From Podospora anserina (Eukaryota), in contig CM030335.1 of assembly GCA_017654855.1 (NCBI GenBank), positions 310,001-374,000 on the forward strand: DNA of 64,000 bases, written 5' to 3'. The notes beneath the pieces are model-generated. The model ran no database searches, was not told the origin of the DNA, and was given only the letters and a program-made list of their open reading frames with translations. Below, one piece after another: positions 1-10,778 of this stretch (its first letter is position 1; every line of letters starts with the position of its first letter). The translations under genes were made by a program, and so were the position numbers.

Positions 1-977
1 CTTGATCAAGTTCTTCTCCATGCCCAGCGGTGCGCCGTCAAATGTCCGAATGTGTCGCTCGGCAGGGGCGAAAGGCCTAATGTCCCACGTCCTGGCGGTC
101 GAGTCCATCGCATACGACAATAATTGCTGCCCGTCCGGCGATACCCTCAACGTCGTGATCGTGTCCTGATGACCCAGCATTGTGTGTACCACAGCCTTTT
201 TCCTGACATCCCACACCTTGATGTCATTGTCGATGCCACCCGAATAGATCTCATTGCCAGCCTCCGAGAAAGCAACCGCCGTGATGGGGAAATCCGTTTC
301 AATGTAATCCGCCGCGTGCTTCGTCCTTGGATCCCAAATACCAATTGTACCGTCGTTGCTGCCGCTGATGAGCATCTCCTCGCCGCGCTTGCTCAGGTCT
401 AGCGATGTGACGCCTTCTTCGTGTCCAACGTAGCGTCTTATTCTTGTGCCTGATGTGAGGTCCCAACTAGCGAGGTGCATATCGGCAGAGGCGGTGAAGA
501 GGATTTCGGAATCGCGGGACCATTGCAGGTCAAGAACGGCGCCCTTGTGGCCGGAGAGAACGCCGTAGTTTTCGCAGTCGCCGTAGGTTCGCCAAAGCAC
601 TGGACTGGGTGTCAGTAGGTTTTCCGACCTGACCATCAAGTTTGTTTACGTACAAACTGTCCTGTCCATTGACCCAGAGGCTATTAAGTTTCCTGTGGGA
701 TCGAATCTTGCCGCAAAGATCTCGCCGCTGTGTCCTGACAGCTCCATTACCGGAGCCTGCAAGGAGCTCGTTCGTGGAACCTTCATCGCGCATGTTAGCA
801 GACATGATAAGACTTGTTTCCAAAACTCCAAAGACATACCGACGACTGAATTAGGGCACCAGAGCTTCCACCAGCAGGGCCAGAGCGGGTAGCGAGGGCG
901 CGACTAGAGCCCACATTCTGCCGCTTGACCACGAGCTGCTGGTCGTCGCCTGGGAACGGTCTCTTTTCAGAAGACAT
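1..977 (-). CDS. U5 snRNP 40 kDa WD40-repeat protein (SNRNP40/Spf38/Cwf17-like); multi-exon, 3' part runs off the window
   Basis: ATG at 977 (MSSEKRP...GALIQS), GTATGT intron, then VPRTSSLQAPVMELSGHSGEIFAARFDPTGNLIASGSMDR. Downstream exons read as WD repeats (GHKGAVLDLQWSRDS, LGHQDTITTLRVSPDGQQLLSYAMDSTARTWDIRPFAP). Confidence 0.85.
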
Positions 978-1429
978 GATTGATAGATATTCAAAGATCC
1001 AATGTGTCTGTTGAATCAATTGATGTTGTGATGTTGTGATGCCGTGATGCAATGGTAGGATTGAGTCGTGAACAAGATGGGTCTCTTGGCGAGGCTGCGC
1101 TGTTTGACTTTCAAGTCCCAAATCCAATTGATGATGATGCGCCAGTGCTGGAGGACGCGCCTGATGGATTTTAGATTCCCCGCTTCCCGCCCAAGGCACA
1201 TGAGCACTGACCTGGGGTCCCTGCACTTTAGGGGAGTAGTGGGGCTTTGTCCCCCGACATGCGGCCTGTAAGGTGAGCACCCTTGTAGCTACCGCCAGAA
1301 ACATCACCGCCCTCTCCGAACAAACATCATTCTGGGTGCCTCCGATAGTTATACGCAACACCGCTCTTCGTCGCTTCTTCGGTTCAATCTTAGGTTATCT
1401 CCCAGGCATTCTCTCGACCCTATTCCGCC

Positions 1430-2208
1430 ATGGCGGCTAACAAGGCGTCCCGATTGGGGGAAGAGTACGCTGCGCATCCCTCCTCTGTTTACTTCGTTGC
1501 CATCTCTGCTAACACTGCTTCTCTGACAGGATCTGGAAGTAAGGGCCTCCCACACGCCCTCAGCTAGAACTCAACCATCGCTAATGCTGCCCCCCGCTGA
1601 AGGACACGGATAGACAAGGTCAACGCCGAGCTGGTCGTCCTCACATACGGCACCATCGTTGCGCAGCTGTGTAAGGACTTTGACAGCGACTATGTCGAGG
1701 TCAACAAGCAACTCGATAAGATGGGGTACAACATCGGTCTGCGCCTAATCGAGGATTACCTTGCGAAATCCAACACTGTACGCCGATGTTCGAACTTTAA
1801 GGAAACAGCCGAGATGATCGCGAAGGTGGGCAGTTTGGCATGTTGGGCCGGTGTTTGCGCGTGGACGTGTTTGTGTCTGACAGATGTGCTCTTCAGGTTG
1901 GGTTCAAGATATTCCTCAACATCACGCCAACGATAGCGAATTGGACCAACGACGGCAAGCAGTTCTCACTGATCTTCGATGAGAACCCCTTTGCCGACTT
2001 TGTGGAACTACCCGACGACGGCCGGGCCCAAGACGAGCTGTGGTATTCGAATATCCTGTGCGGCGTGTTGAGGGGAGCGTTGGAGATGGTACAAATGCAG
2101 GTGGAGGCCCATTTCATCAGCGACGTGCTCAGGGGTAACGATACGACCGAGATGCGCATCACGCTGATACGATATATCGATGACGAGTTGCCACCAGAGG
2201 ACGACTAG
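1430..2208 (+). CDS. BET3: TRAPP complex core subunit Bet3; 4 exons including a 9-nt micro-exon (1530-1538)
   Basis: Spliced N-terminus MAANKASRLGEE-IWK-TRIDKVNAELVVLTYG, then MGYNIGLRLIEDYLAKS, GFKIFLNI, ENPFADFVELP and LWYSNILCGVLRGALEMVQ, which are Bet3 signatures. Introns at 1465-1529, 1539-1602 and about 1826-1896. Confidence 0.95.
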
Positions 2209-3740
2209 AGGGTGTGAGAAGATCAATGATGAAAGAGCGGATAAGCGTCGCCGGGAAATAAAAGGCCTCGGGCATAACTGATACATGGCTATTCTTAATG
2301 TCTCATGAGTAAACAATGGATGATGAGGGCGTGCAAAACATATGCACCGCCCGTTGACTTGATGGCGGTCTGCTCATCTGCTCAGGGTTGCGTACCTACA
2401 GTGTCGAAGTTTTGCTTGCAGTTGTCTAGATCCTTCGACTGCTAACCTTCTTATACCAGACGATAACCTAGCACGGCGCTTACAATCAACCCCAGAACCT
2501 TATGCACTAGCCCAAGGACCCAACCTGCGAGCCGCTTTACGGAGAGGTAATCCAGAGTTGTGCCGTGTTTCCTTCCACAGCTCTTTGTATGGCGCATGTG
2601 GCATCTTCCTCGTGAATGCATTGTTTCAAGTCACCACCACGTGGAAATGACGACTTGTAAAAACATGCATACAAGACCACCAATTCCCTCACGCGCCGTT
2701 CCGGTGGTACAGACTTCAGAGTCGGCGTCCGGACGTTGAGGGATTGGACACCGCCCTCCGAGGATCATGAGGTTCGTCTCGGCAGCTTGGTGATACCGCG
2801 GAGCCTCACACGTTGCGAATGGAAATGACGACGAGGTGCCGTCAGGGCTACCATCCGACTTTGCCGCACCACGCATGGGGAGTAACGAGGGGTGGCCAAC
2901 AGCCGCGTCGCCCAGGAACCGGCCACACACTGCCCTGCCCGCTGCCCAACAGCCCAGGAGCCAATCCTTTGAGTCGGGCTGTGCAGGTTTGTCGCCCCAG
3001 AGTTGCCCAGCAGATATAGTGACCACACCACCATCTTTTGGAATTTCGGGCACCGCCATCGGATTTACTCTTGTACTCACTGCCACTGCCGACGAATCAG
3101 CCCCTTTCCTTTTTGCCCGTTTATTCCCTGGGCACTGCATCAAATGACATAACCAAGTGGAGGTGCTGTTGTCCAGTTCAAGTACAAAACCACCCATGGA
3201 AGGCCACGCGCGCGCCAGCCGGGTCCGGGTCTCGCCCAACCCACGTATTGCCCACATACGCATATATCACCGACGGGTCGGCCACCGTCTCAAGCCCTGT
3301 GTCAAAGACCCTCATTGAAAACATTTCTTTGTTGTATAAGGCACCGAACCCCGGGTCAAGGGCATTGTCCTGCACGGGAGATCACCGGTCATCACCTTGT
3401 TCAACCCCTTTCTTCCGAACCTCAGTCTTTGTTCAACAAGCTCAGAGGGGGACCTGACGTTCACTTGTAACACGCGATGCTCACCTTCTCAAGCTCCCGG
3501 CCAACCCGGCAGCCCGCCCGCGGGGTGTGCCGGCCACACGAGACCGGCGAGTCGAATCTCAACTCTGAGTGTCCAAACTCATTCAACACAATAAAGACTG
3601 CCATGGCGGCAGGGCTCGGGAGCAGTCTATTTCTGTTTCAAGGACTGTCGAGTATTTCTCCTAGGATTTTGACGGAAGCTTCGCTGCCGTCACCAACATT
3701 TCCACCTTCATCGACCTATCAAGAAGAAGACGGGGGCAGT

Positions 3741-4232
3741 ATGGGGAATTCAAAATCGAAACCATCTCGAGAATCAAAGCCGAATTCACGATTCTCACGG
3801 CTCTCTACCACAGCCCCAGTAACCTCACCCGTTTCGGCATCCAAACGCACAAAACCGGAGTATAAACTCAAGGTCATCTGCTCCAACTGCGCCTGCAAAA
3901 ACCTGCCTGAGACGGCCTGCCACACAGCGAACGATATCAACGCCAACGGGGGGAGCAACCTCGCCTTTCAGGAAGGGAGTTCTTACTATGAAAACCAAGA
4001 GCTGAAGAGTTGGAAGCTGGAGATTGACTGCTGCGGTTGGAGCAGGACGCGGGAGGAGGGGGTTTATCTCGTGGAGAAGCACATGAAGAATGCGCAGGAA
4101 AGGGGGAGGCCAATTAGTGTGGACGAGGTGCTGGTGAAGCTGGAGGAGGGCGGGATTGCGCATAGGAGTAATGTGGCCAAGAGGGTTTATAAGCCTAGGG
4201 GGCAGGATAACGCTCAGAGGCCGAGGGGTTCG

Positions 4233-4263
<31 letters not shown>

Positions 4264-4379
4264 CACGTCCCCAATCACACCCGCAGCCGCAACAACAACT
4301 ACAGCAAAGAACGAGACAGGGATGGAGTCAGCAGAGTTGGCATCAGGGGGTCGAGTACCAGTATCCTGGAAGACGATGA
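3741..4379 (+). CDS. Hypothetical orphan protein (about 212 aa) with an MGxxxS N-terminus, a Cys-containing core and a Gln-rich tail
   Basis: Uninterrupted ORF. ATG at 3741 gives MGNSKSKPS; core ICSNCACK...IDCCGW; poly-CAG tract near 4240-4260. Confidence 0.55.
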
Positions 4380-4776
4380 ACGACAGAAGAATCATGACAT
4401 ATGGCTCTGCCACGGTGCATATCTTGGATTTTGGTTTCGTCATCTATCATATCAACTTGGGGCTGGCACACCCGAGTATTCCGAGCATAAATTGGACATT
4501 GGGACTGGATATGGTGTGGCATGGCATGGCACTGGATACAGGTTTATATCCAGAGACTGATCATGGCGAGAGGCATGCCCGGCAGAACGATACCCTTGGT
4601 TTTAGTGGTTACACATATCGTAATGTTTTTCAAATGCGCATCAATCATCATAAACGCCAGTCCTACTTAGACAATAATGGAACCGTGATATTCTCTCCTC
4701 TTCCTTCCGCACCACATACCAAACTCGGTTGCCATCTTTAATCGGTCCCTCTTATATTGAGATGATAAAAAATCCC

Positions 4777-5210
4777 TCAGCATCTCAAACTCTTCCACTT
4801 ATCAATCTCTCCATTGTGATAATCGAGATGACTACGAACCGTCCTGTCGATCTGGGCTTGGGTGAACGAAGCAATGTGATCCATCCGCAGAGCGCTGCAT
4901 AGGCGGTACGTAGGTAAGTTGGCCCAAAGTCAGCCCTTTTCCATCTTGAACATAGCAAACATTCTTTGCAAGCTGTTCCTCACCAGAGATCTTTTTTTTT
5001 TTAACTTTTTTTTTTTTTAACTTACTAGTGTGAAGCAACAAGCTCTATATCGGCCCGGAGCCATTTCTCGCACTCTGCTTTGAGCCTAACCTCGCACGCG
5101 GTCCTGAACTTCTTCAGCTTCTCCACCCGCTCCAGCGGGGTGACTTTCTGGTCGATGTGGTATGTGATCATTACATCGCAGAGTGAGTTTAGTTGGTTGG
5201 CGGTGACCAT
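4777..5210 (-). CDS. Small orphan family, copy A (100 aa; exons 5210-5026 and 4894-4777)
   Basis: MVTANQLNSLCDVMITYHIDQK...ELVASH-Y-ALRMDHIASFTQAQIDRTVRSHLDYHNGEIDKWKSLRC*. Donor TA|GTAAGT, branch CTGAC, acceptor CAG. Homologous to copies B, C and E. Confidence 0.75.
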
Positions 5211-5393
5211 CGTTCTGTGCTGTTGTCAAGTGAGTGAGGTGGGATGAGAGGGATATCCATGCTGGCCGATGCAGGAAGGCAAAGGTGATGTGATGGGTGC
5301 TTAGGTACACTCTGCTTATATTTCTCCACATAACCCTAACCCCCTGTCGGGGTAATGCCTCGCTCAGCCTCTCCCCCCTTGGCCAGGGCCCCC

Positions 5394-5782
5394 TCAACAT
5401 CTCAACCTCTTCCACTTATCAATCTCTCCGCTGTGGTAATCGACACCAGGTCGAACTGTCCTCTCGATTTGGGCCCGGGTGAAGGCAGTACGGTTGTTGA
5501 TAAGTCTGGTGCTAGATAGGTGGGTAGGTAGCCAGCTTTCGGTCTTTGAGATACCAAAAGTGCGCTGAGCTCTTCCAGTTCTTTGGCGGTTACCGCTTAC
5601 AATTTCGCAATAATGTCGGTTGCAGATAACCGAGCTTTCTCAGCCTGTCTTGTAAGCCAAGCTCTACATTTGGTTATGGATTTCTCCAGCCTTTCCACCT
5701 TTTTAAGTGGGATGGCCGTTTGGTCGATGTGGTAGGTGATCATGGAGTCGCAGATGGAGTTGAACTCGGCGGTGGTGACCAT
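5394..5782 (-). CDS. Small orphan family, copy B (99 aa; exons 5782-5601 and 5511-5394)
   Basis: MVTTAEFNSICDSMITYHIDQ...DIIAK-F-TRLINNRTAFTRAQIERTVRPGVDYHSGEIDKWKRLRC*. Donor TT|GTAAGC, acceptor TAG. Exon 2 is 118 nt, as in copy A, and its last ~50 nt are near-identical to copy A. Confidence 0.75.
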
Positions 5783-6595
5783 TTTTGTTCTTTTTAGGTG
5801 GGTGAGTTGAGGAAATGGCGGAGAGAGGGGATGATGAACTGTGGTGATGATGTGATGTGGTGTTGAGAAGACGGTGATGAAGCTTGCGGGAATGCTTTTC
5901 AGCCCTTTTCTCCGATTTTATCTGGTGCGCCATGGACGTCAAGGTTTATGAAGCTTTTCAGTTTTCGCGAGTTCTGTATGAAACTTTCTTTTCTTCATCC
6001 GATTAGGAGGGACCCATCGGAGCCTCCTAAAAGCCACACTACGCCAAAATAAAATGCTTCAAACTATAAACCGGTTCTATATCAGCTTCCAACTACGTGA
6101 TAAAGATGGTTGTCGACTGGCCTTTGAAGATGGTCTATAGTAGATCTTTAAGAGTCAAAGGTAGAGATATATCACCATTCGATTGTTACTTAAAAGCGAT
6201 ATAAGACAGAGATAACCGCCAAAGCCTCATGTTCTGTTCTCATGATGCGTCAACCTGGGTCCATTCCATGTAAGTCACTTCCTTGCCTATCTGACATTGA
6301 CTTTGTTGGGAGAATAACGGGCCTGAAGACGATGCCGAGATTTGCTGGTGTCGAGACTGGCGTTAAAAAAATGATGGGCTGAACGGCTGCCAGTAGACCG
6401 GGCCAGCAAGCTTCAGCACAACTACCCAGAAAATTTCTGGCCCTTGATCAAAAACCATTCCAAAGACTCGGCAACCTGACACACAAACCACGGAGAGAAG
6501 AGCAGCGCCTGTTTAAATTCTTTCTTCAATCCAACCCATATCTTCCACACCCACTCCCCACCCAAGCGTCCTCACCAAGGGCGTGCAAAGACAAA

Positions 6596-6948
6596 ATGGT
6601 CTCGACCAGCGAGTTCAACTCGATCTGCGACGCGATGATCTCGCACCACATCGATCAAAAGAAAAAGTCATCCGAGCGAATCGACAAGTTGAACCAATAC
6701 AAAGCCAACCAAATATCCAGGGTTGTTGCCAAACCAATGCCGTGGTGTTTTAATCCCCTCTTTCTGTAACTCAGCACCATGATGATGAATGGGCTCTGGC
6801 ATTTGAGATAGACACTGACCTTGGGTATTCTAGCGCCGAGCGCATCCTCTTTGTAACTGGGTTTGCACAAGCTCAGATTGATATCGCAGTTCGTCATTAT
6901 AATTATCATAACGGAGAAGTTAAAATTTGGAAGGTGTTAAGAGGTTAA
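6596..6948 (+). CDS. Small orphan family, copy C (94 aa; exons 6596-6765 and 6834-6948); absent from the ORF track
   Basis: MVSTSEFNSICDAMISHHIDQKKKSSERIDKL...NPLF-L-AERILFVTGFAQAQIDIAVRHYNYHNGEVKIWKVLRG*. Donor CT|GTAACT, branch CTGAC, acceptor TAG; same intron phase as A and B. Confidence 0.75.
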
Positions 6949-7227
6949 CGAGGTTGGAGGTGTTGAGAAGTTCGAAATCAGGCGGCCAAGGGAGGTAGTT
7001 GGGATAAGTCTACTCGCAGCCAAAATCAACTCTAAGCCACTGAAGGTGCATTTGTCCACAGCCGATGGGGTTAGATAGGAAGTTTCTAATGGCAGTTCAC
7101 AGCTTGAAATAATCAACCATCCTTTTCCCCTCACTTTGATGACTTCCATGGTAGGTACTACACACCTTGTGATACAACCAGCACCGCCCACGCGCAAAAT
7201 AAAAACAAAGAACGCCCCACCAAGAAG

Positions 7228-7735
7228 ATGCTACCGACCTGCCAGTTTGATGTGTTAATGTGTTAACGTGTAGCCATTGCGACTGTATGATTGAGTTTAA
7301 CATTGATCAAAAGGCACACTACCGTAAGGGAGCTAAGAGACTATGGAAGATTGTAGCAAATGCGATCAAGGAATCTTTGGTCATCCAGTGAGCAACAGAC
7401 ATCTTTTTCGGCTACTTTTGTGAGAATAAGGGGTTGTAGGGCAAGGTCACTGGGGCAGAAAACGTAAGCAAAATGTAATGAGAGTGATCGTACTCTACAA
7501 ATCTAACAAACAGACGAAAAACTACAGAAAGTGTGTGAAATACCCTAGCCCTGGGAGCAACCAGAGTGTGGGCCTGAAGAAAGGTGGGATAGGTGTGTCC
7601 TGGGAGCAACCATATGGGTTGATATTAGATGTAATTAGATCCATGCTGGCCGTGGATGCCATGGAGGTCGAGGATTTGATTGTTCATCATGGGGCAGAGA
7701 CGCTAAGGCGGAACAAGGCGAGGCTTTGGGGATGA
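7228..7735 (+). pseudogene. Small orphan family, decayed copy D
   Basis: MLPTCQF.. is followed by a GTGTTAAT/GTGTTAAC micro-duplication with a frameshift, then CDCMIEFNIDQKAHYRK...LVI and a CA|GTGAGC donor. Downstream IVHHGAETLRRNKARL weakly resembles the family C-terminus. Confidence 0.45.
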
Positions 7736-9118
7736 AAGAATAAGGATGTGGGGGCTCTGATGGATAAAGGGCTGGCAATATTGGCTGGGACTGTGGATTC
7801 CTCATTTATGATGGTAACCAGGTAGGTATAATGAGGGCTGGACCTCCAATATGGACCGGGGGTTTGACAAGTGATGGGACATGCCTTGACTCCCAGGCTG
7901 TATTAAAGGCATGATCCAACTTAGTGAATTTCCCTACCTATTCAAAGCACATTAACTTTCTTCTGAGGCCTTGTTGTCCGTCCTGTGCTATGGTCTGGTC
8001 TTTGGGCCGGTCACTCTCTCAACGGCAGGCGGCTGCAAAAAAGATTGCCGCTATGTGAGGCCCGGTGATGACATCTGCAGCGATCTCTTCTCTCATTGCA
8101 TGATTTCCGTGGGCTCTTCTCAATTCTTTGACAGCTCCTGTTGGCAAATCCTTACTGGTGGTTGTCACGATGAAGATGGTGTGTTGTTTCTCATAATGGC
8201 CACGCAGAAATAGTACTCTCTCTCACGCTTTTGGACAACTTGGAAAGCCACAGTATTTTCCACCTTGTGATTGTTTGACAGCGCCACCTGACTGGCTGCA
8301 CAACGAAGCGGCCTGGTTTCACTGACAAGAGACTCCGTGGAGAAACGTGCAGACGGATGCAATGCTGTCACACCAGAGCATCACTGCCATCACCGGTTGA
8401 GAGCTCAGTTCCCCACGGATAGCTTCCAAAAGAGTCATGAAGCCTTGTTTCAAATGACCCTTTTTTGTCTCTGATTCTGTCTGTGCCCGATGTTGGCTGC
8501 GTGGCAGCTTTAACACCAGGACGCGGGGTCTGGTCTCAGTCTTGTATAAAATTCCTGATGATCATCCGTATTATTGTGACACAAGCGCCGGTGTAACCCC
8601 CGTGGTGGCGCATGCCGTGGACGATTTACTGCCGGTTCTAGACTTTACCCAGCCTTCGGAAGTGGCTTACCACCTGCGCCAATGCGAGGTGTGCTTCTTC
8701 ACATTATCGGTCGTACTCAGCCCAAATACGACGGGAGATCTCCCCCTCCCTCTGGTCCCTTCTCTTGTCGGTGTGGGCAGGGCTTTCGAGTCATGCCATA
8801 GGTAGTTCGGCATATCGTGCAGTTTCAGCTCATACCAGGCCAATCGATCATTGGACGCTGTTCGTCACGGCCGACTCCGAGTACGCCTGTTGCATATGAA
8901 CCCGGGAGGGCGGTCCGCTGATTTCCCTCGGTGGCCCCGGTCGCCTTTAGTATGTGGTATTATGTTCCTGCTTTGCCCGCCCTTAACCCCCCGGACTCGA
9001 CTGAACTTGCAACTGGTTTCGTTTCTTCCCTTCTCGTCATATTCCTTTTTACCCTCTGTTTACATGCTCATCCGACACCTCGCCGAGGAAGCCCGCTTTC
9101 ATTCGGGCCGATGCCGAC

Positions 9119-10236
9119 ATGGCTGTGTATAACCCAAACATCTCCAACGGCACCTGCTATTACACGGAGGACACCCCGACAAAGGGGGATTTTATCCCAT
9201 GTGGTAACGAGGCGCTCCAAGTATGGCCATGCTGCCACACGGGCAGTTTTTGTCTATCGCTAGGTGAAGCCAACGCCTGCTGGGACAAGACCTGTATGTC
9301 ATCTCTTTTGTCCATCTCTCCTCTCCTCTCCTCTCCCCTCCCCTCCCCTTTACTACTGACACAAAACAAAAACCAGCCGGAAACACCTACGTAGCAGGCT
9401 GCACCGACCCCTCCTTCACCGACCCCAACTGCCTCTACAAGCGCGACCCCTTCCACTCCCAAGAATGGGTCGCCATCAACCAAGCCTGCAAAAACCTCAA
9501 CGCCGCCTCCAGCCCCGACACGACCAACTGGACCGGCTGCAAGGTCCCCGACAACTCCACCGAACTGGTGAAGCTCTCCCTCGACGCCTGCACCCCCTAT
9601 TGCAACAAAGACCAGATCCTCTACCCCGGCTCCTCCTCCCTCGCCGCCTACGCCAGCCTACCCACCATCCCGGGGTCGTCCATCTTCTGGCAAAACAACT
9701 ACGTGCCCCCCACCGCGCCAGCAGCGGGGTACACCCCCGGCAAAACCCGCGGCGTCGTCCCAACCTACACGGGTAAATCGTCCACCTCCTCCTCCGCCGC
9801 CTCTCCCGAACCGGGAGGTCTCTCTCCCGGAGCCAAAGCGGGGATCGGCGTCGGCGCAGCGATAGGTGGTATCCTCCTCCTGTTGATCCTAGGCTGGGCA
9901 ATCGTCCTCTGCCGCCGCAAGCGTCGGAGACAAAAGGAGTTGGAGATTGGGCATTATAACAGTATCCATGGTGGTGGGCATCACCCTGGGATGGTGGGTG
10001 TGCGTTCTCCCGGTGGCTTCAGCCAAAGCCATTACTCACAGCAGGATGTCATGACTGTCAGCTCGGCGACGGCTGTGCACCCGAGTCCGCCGCCGCCGTT
10101 TAACAGTGGTTTGTATTATGCGCATAATGCTGCTCCTGGGGAGTTACCCGGAACGACAGTGGGTGGGGGGCAGAGCCCGGGGCAAAAGAGCGAGTTGCCG
10201 GCTGATGAGAGGTTTTCGGTGCAGCTGCCTACCTAG
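9119..10236 (+). CDS. Cys-rich single-pass membrane protein (cell-surface sensor-like architecture); one intron at about 9294-9376
   Basis: Cys-rich N-domain (CYY..PCG..WPCC..FCL..NAC|..YVAGCTDPSF..PNC), S/P linker, GLSPGAKAGIGVGAAIGGILLLLILGWAIVL TM helix followed by RRKRRR, and C-terminal ELP motifs. Confidence 0.8.
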
Positions 10237-10778
10237 TTTAGGGTCGGGGGTTAGCGGGAAGGGGAGGGAGAAGGAGAAAAGATATATACAAGAAGGATCT
10301 TTCTTGGTTGGGAAGAGTAACTTTTGTGACTGTCTGTACAACTATAAAGAAGCTAAACTGATTGCACACAATCAGTCTTGGAACCAAATTTCAGGTGTGC
10401 TTGTTCATGCTGACGTCGGCCCTTTTTTGCGGACAGGTGAAGAAAACTGGTGGTGAGAGTCAAGATTGAGACATGGAAGCTGTTGCAGCAGCTGAAAGTC
10501 CCGAGCTGGTTACCCAAAGCATTTGTAAGGCGCATAAACCATTGTTCAAGATCGATACCCAATCAATCTGTGGACCTGTCTCCAGAATTTCCTACGGCAT
10601 GTTTTTGTAGAGTCATCATTCTTATTGAGAGATGCCTTTCAAGGCTACTAAACAAGATCCAAACCTGATCATAACTAAGCAGACCCCCCCCCCACACACA
10701 ACACACACACAACAATCCACCTTCCCAGGGTATCACACATTTCCACTCGTCCTTCATCACATCATCGCCAGTCACAAA

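Noticed and set aside
2631-3457. Overlapping ORFs of 100-210 aa downstream of BET3
   Set aside because: No recognisable motifs or consistent codon bias; ORFs on both strands.
5020-5030. TAG at the end of exon 1 in copies A and E as a premature stop corrected by sexual-stage A-to-I editing
   Set aside because: The TAG overlaps a splice donor. In A the next codon is TAA, and in E read-through does not reach the conserved C-terminal frame. Splicing explains all copies, and an in-frame stop is automatic for phase-2 GTAA/GTGA donors.
6003-6030. TTAGGAGG...CCTCCTAA inverted repeat between copies B and C
   Set aside because: An 8-bp stem is expected by chance; no target-site duplication or other element features.
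8931-9263. Hydrophobic stretch resembling a signal peptide upstream of the membrane-protein gene
   Set aside because: Out of frame with the gene and explained by a pyrimidine-rich leader.
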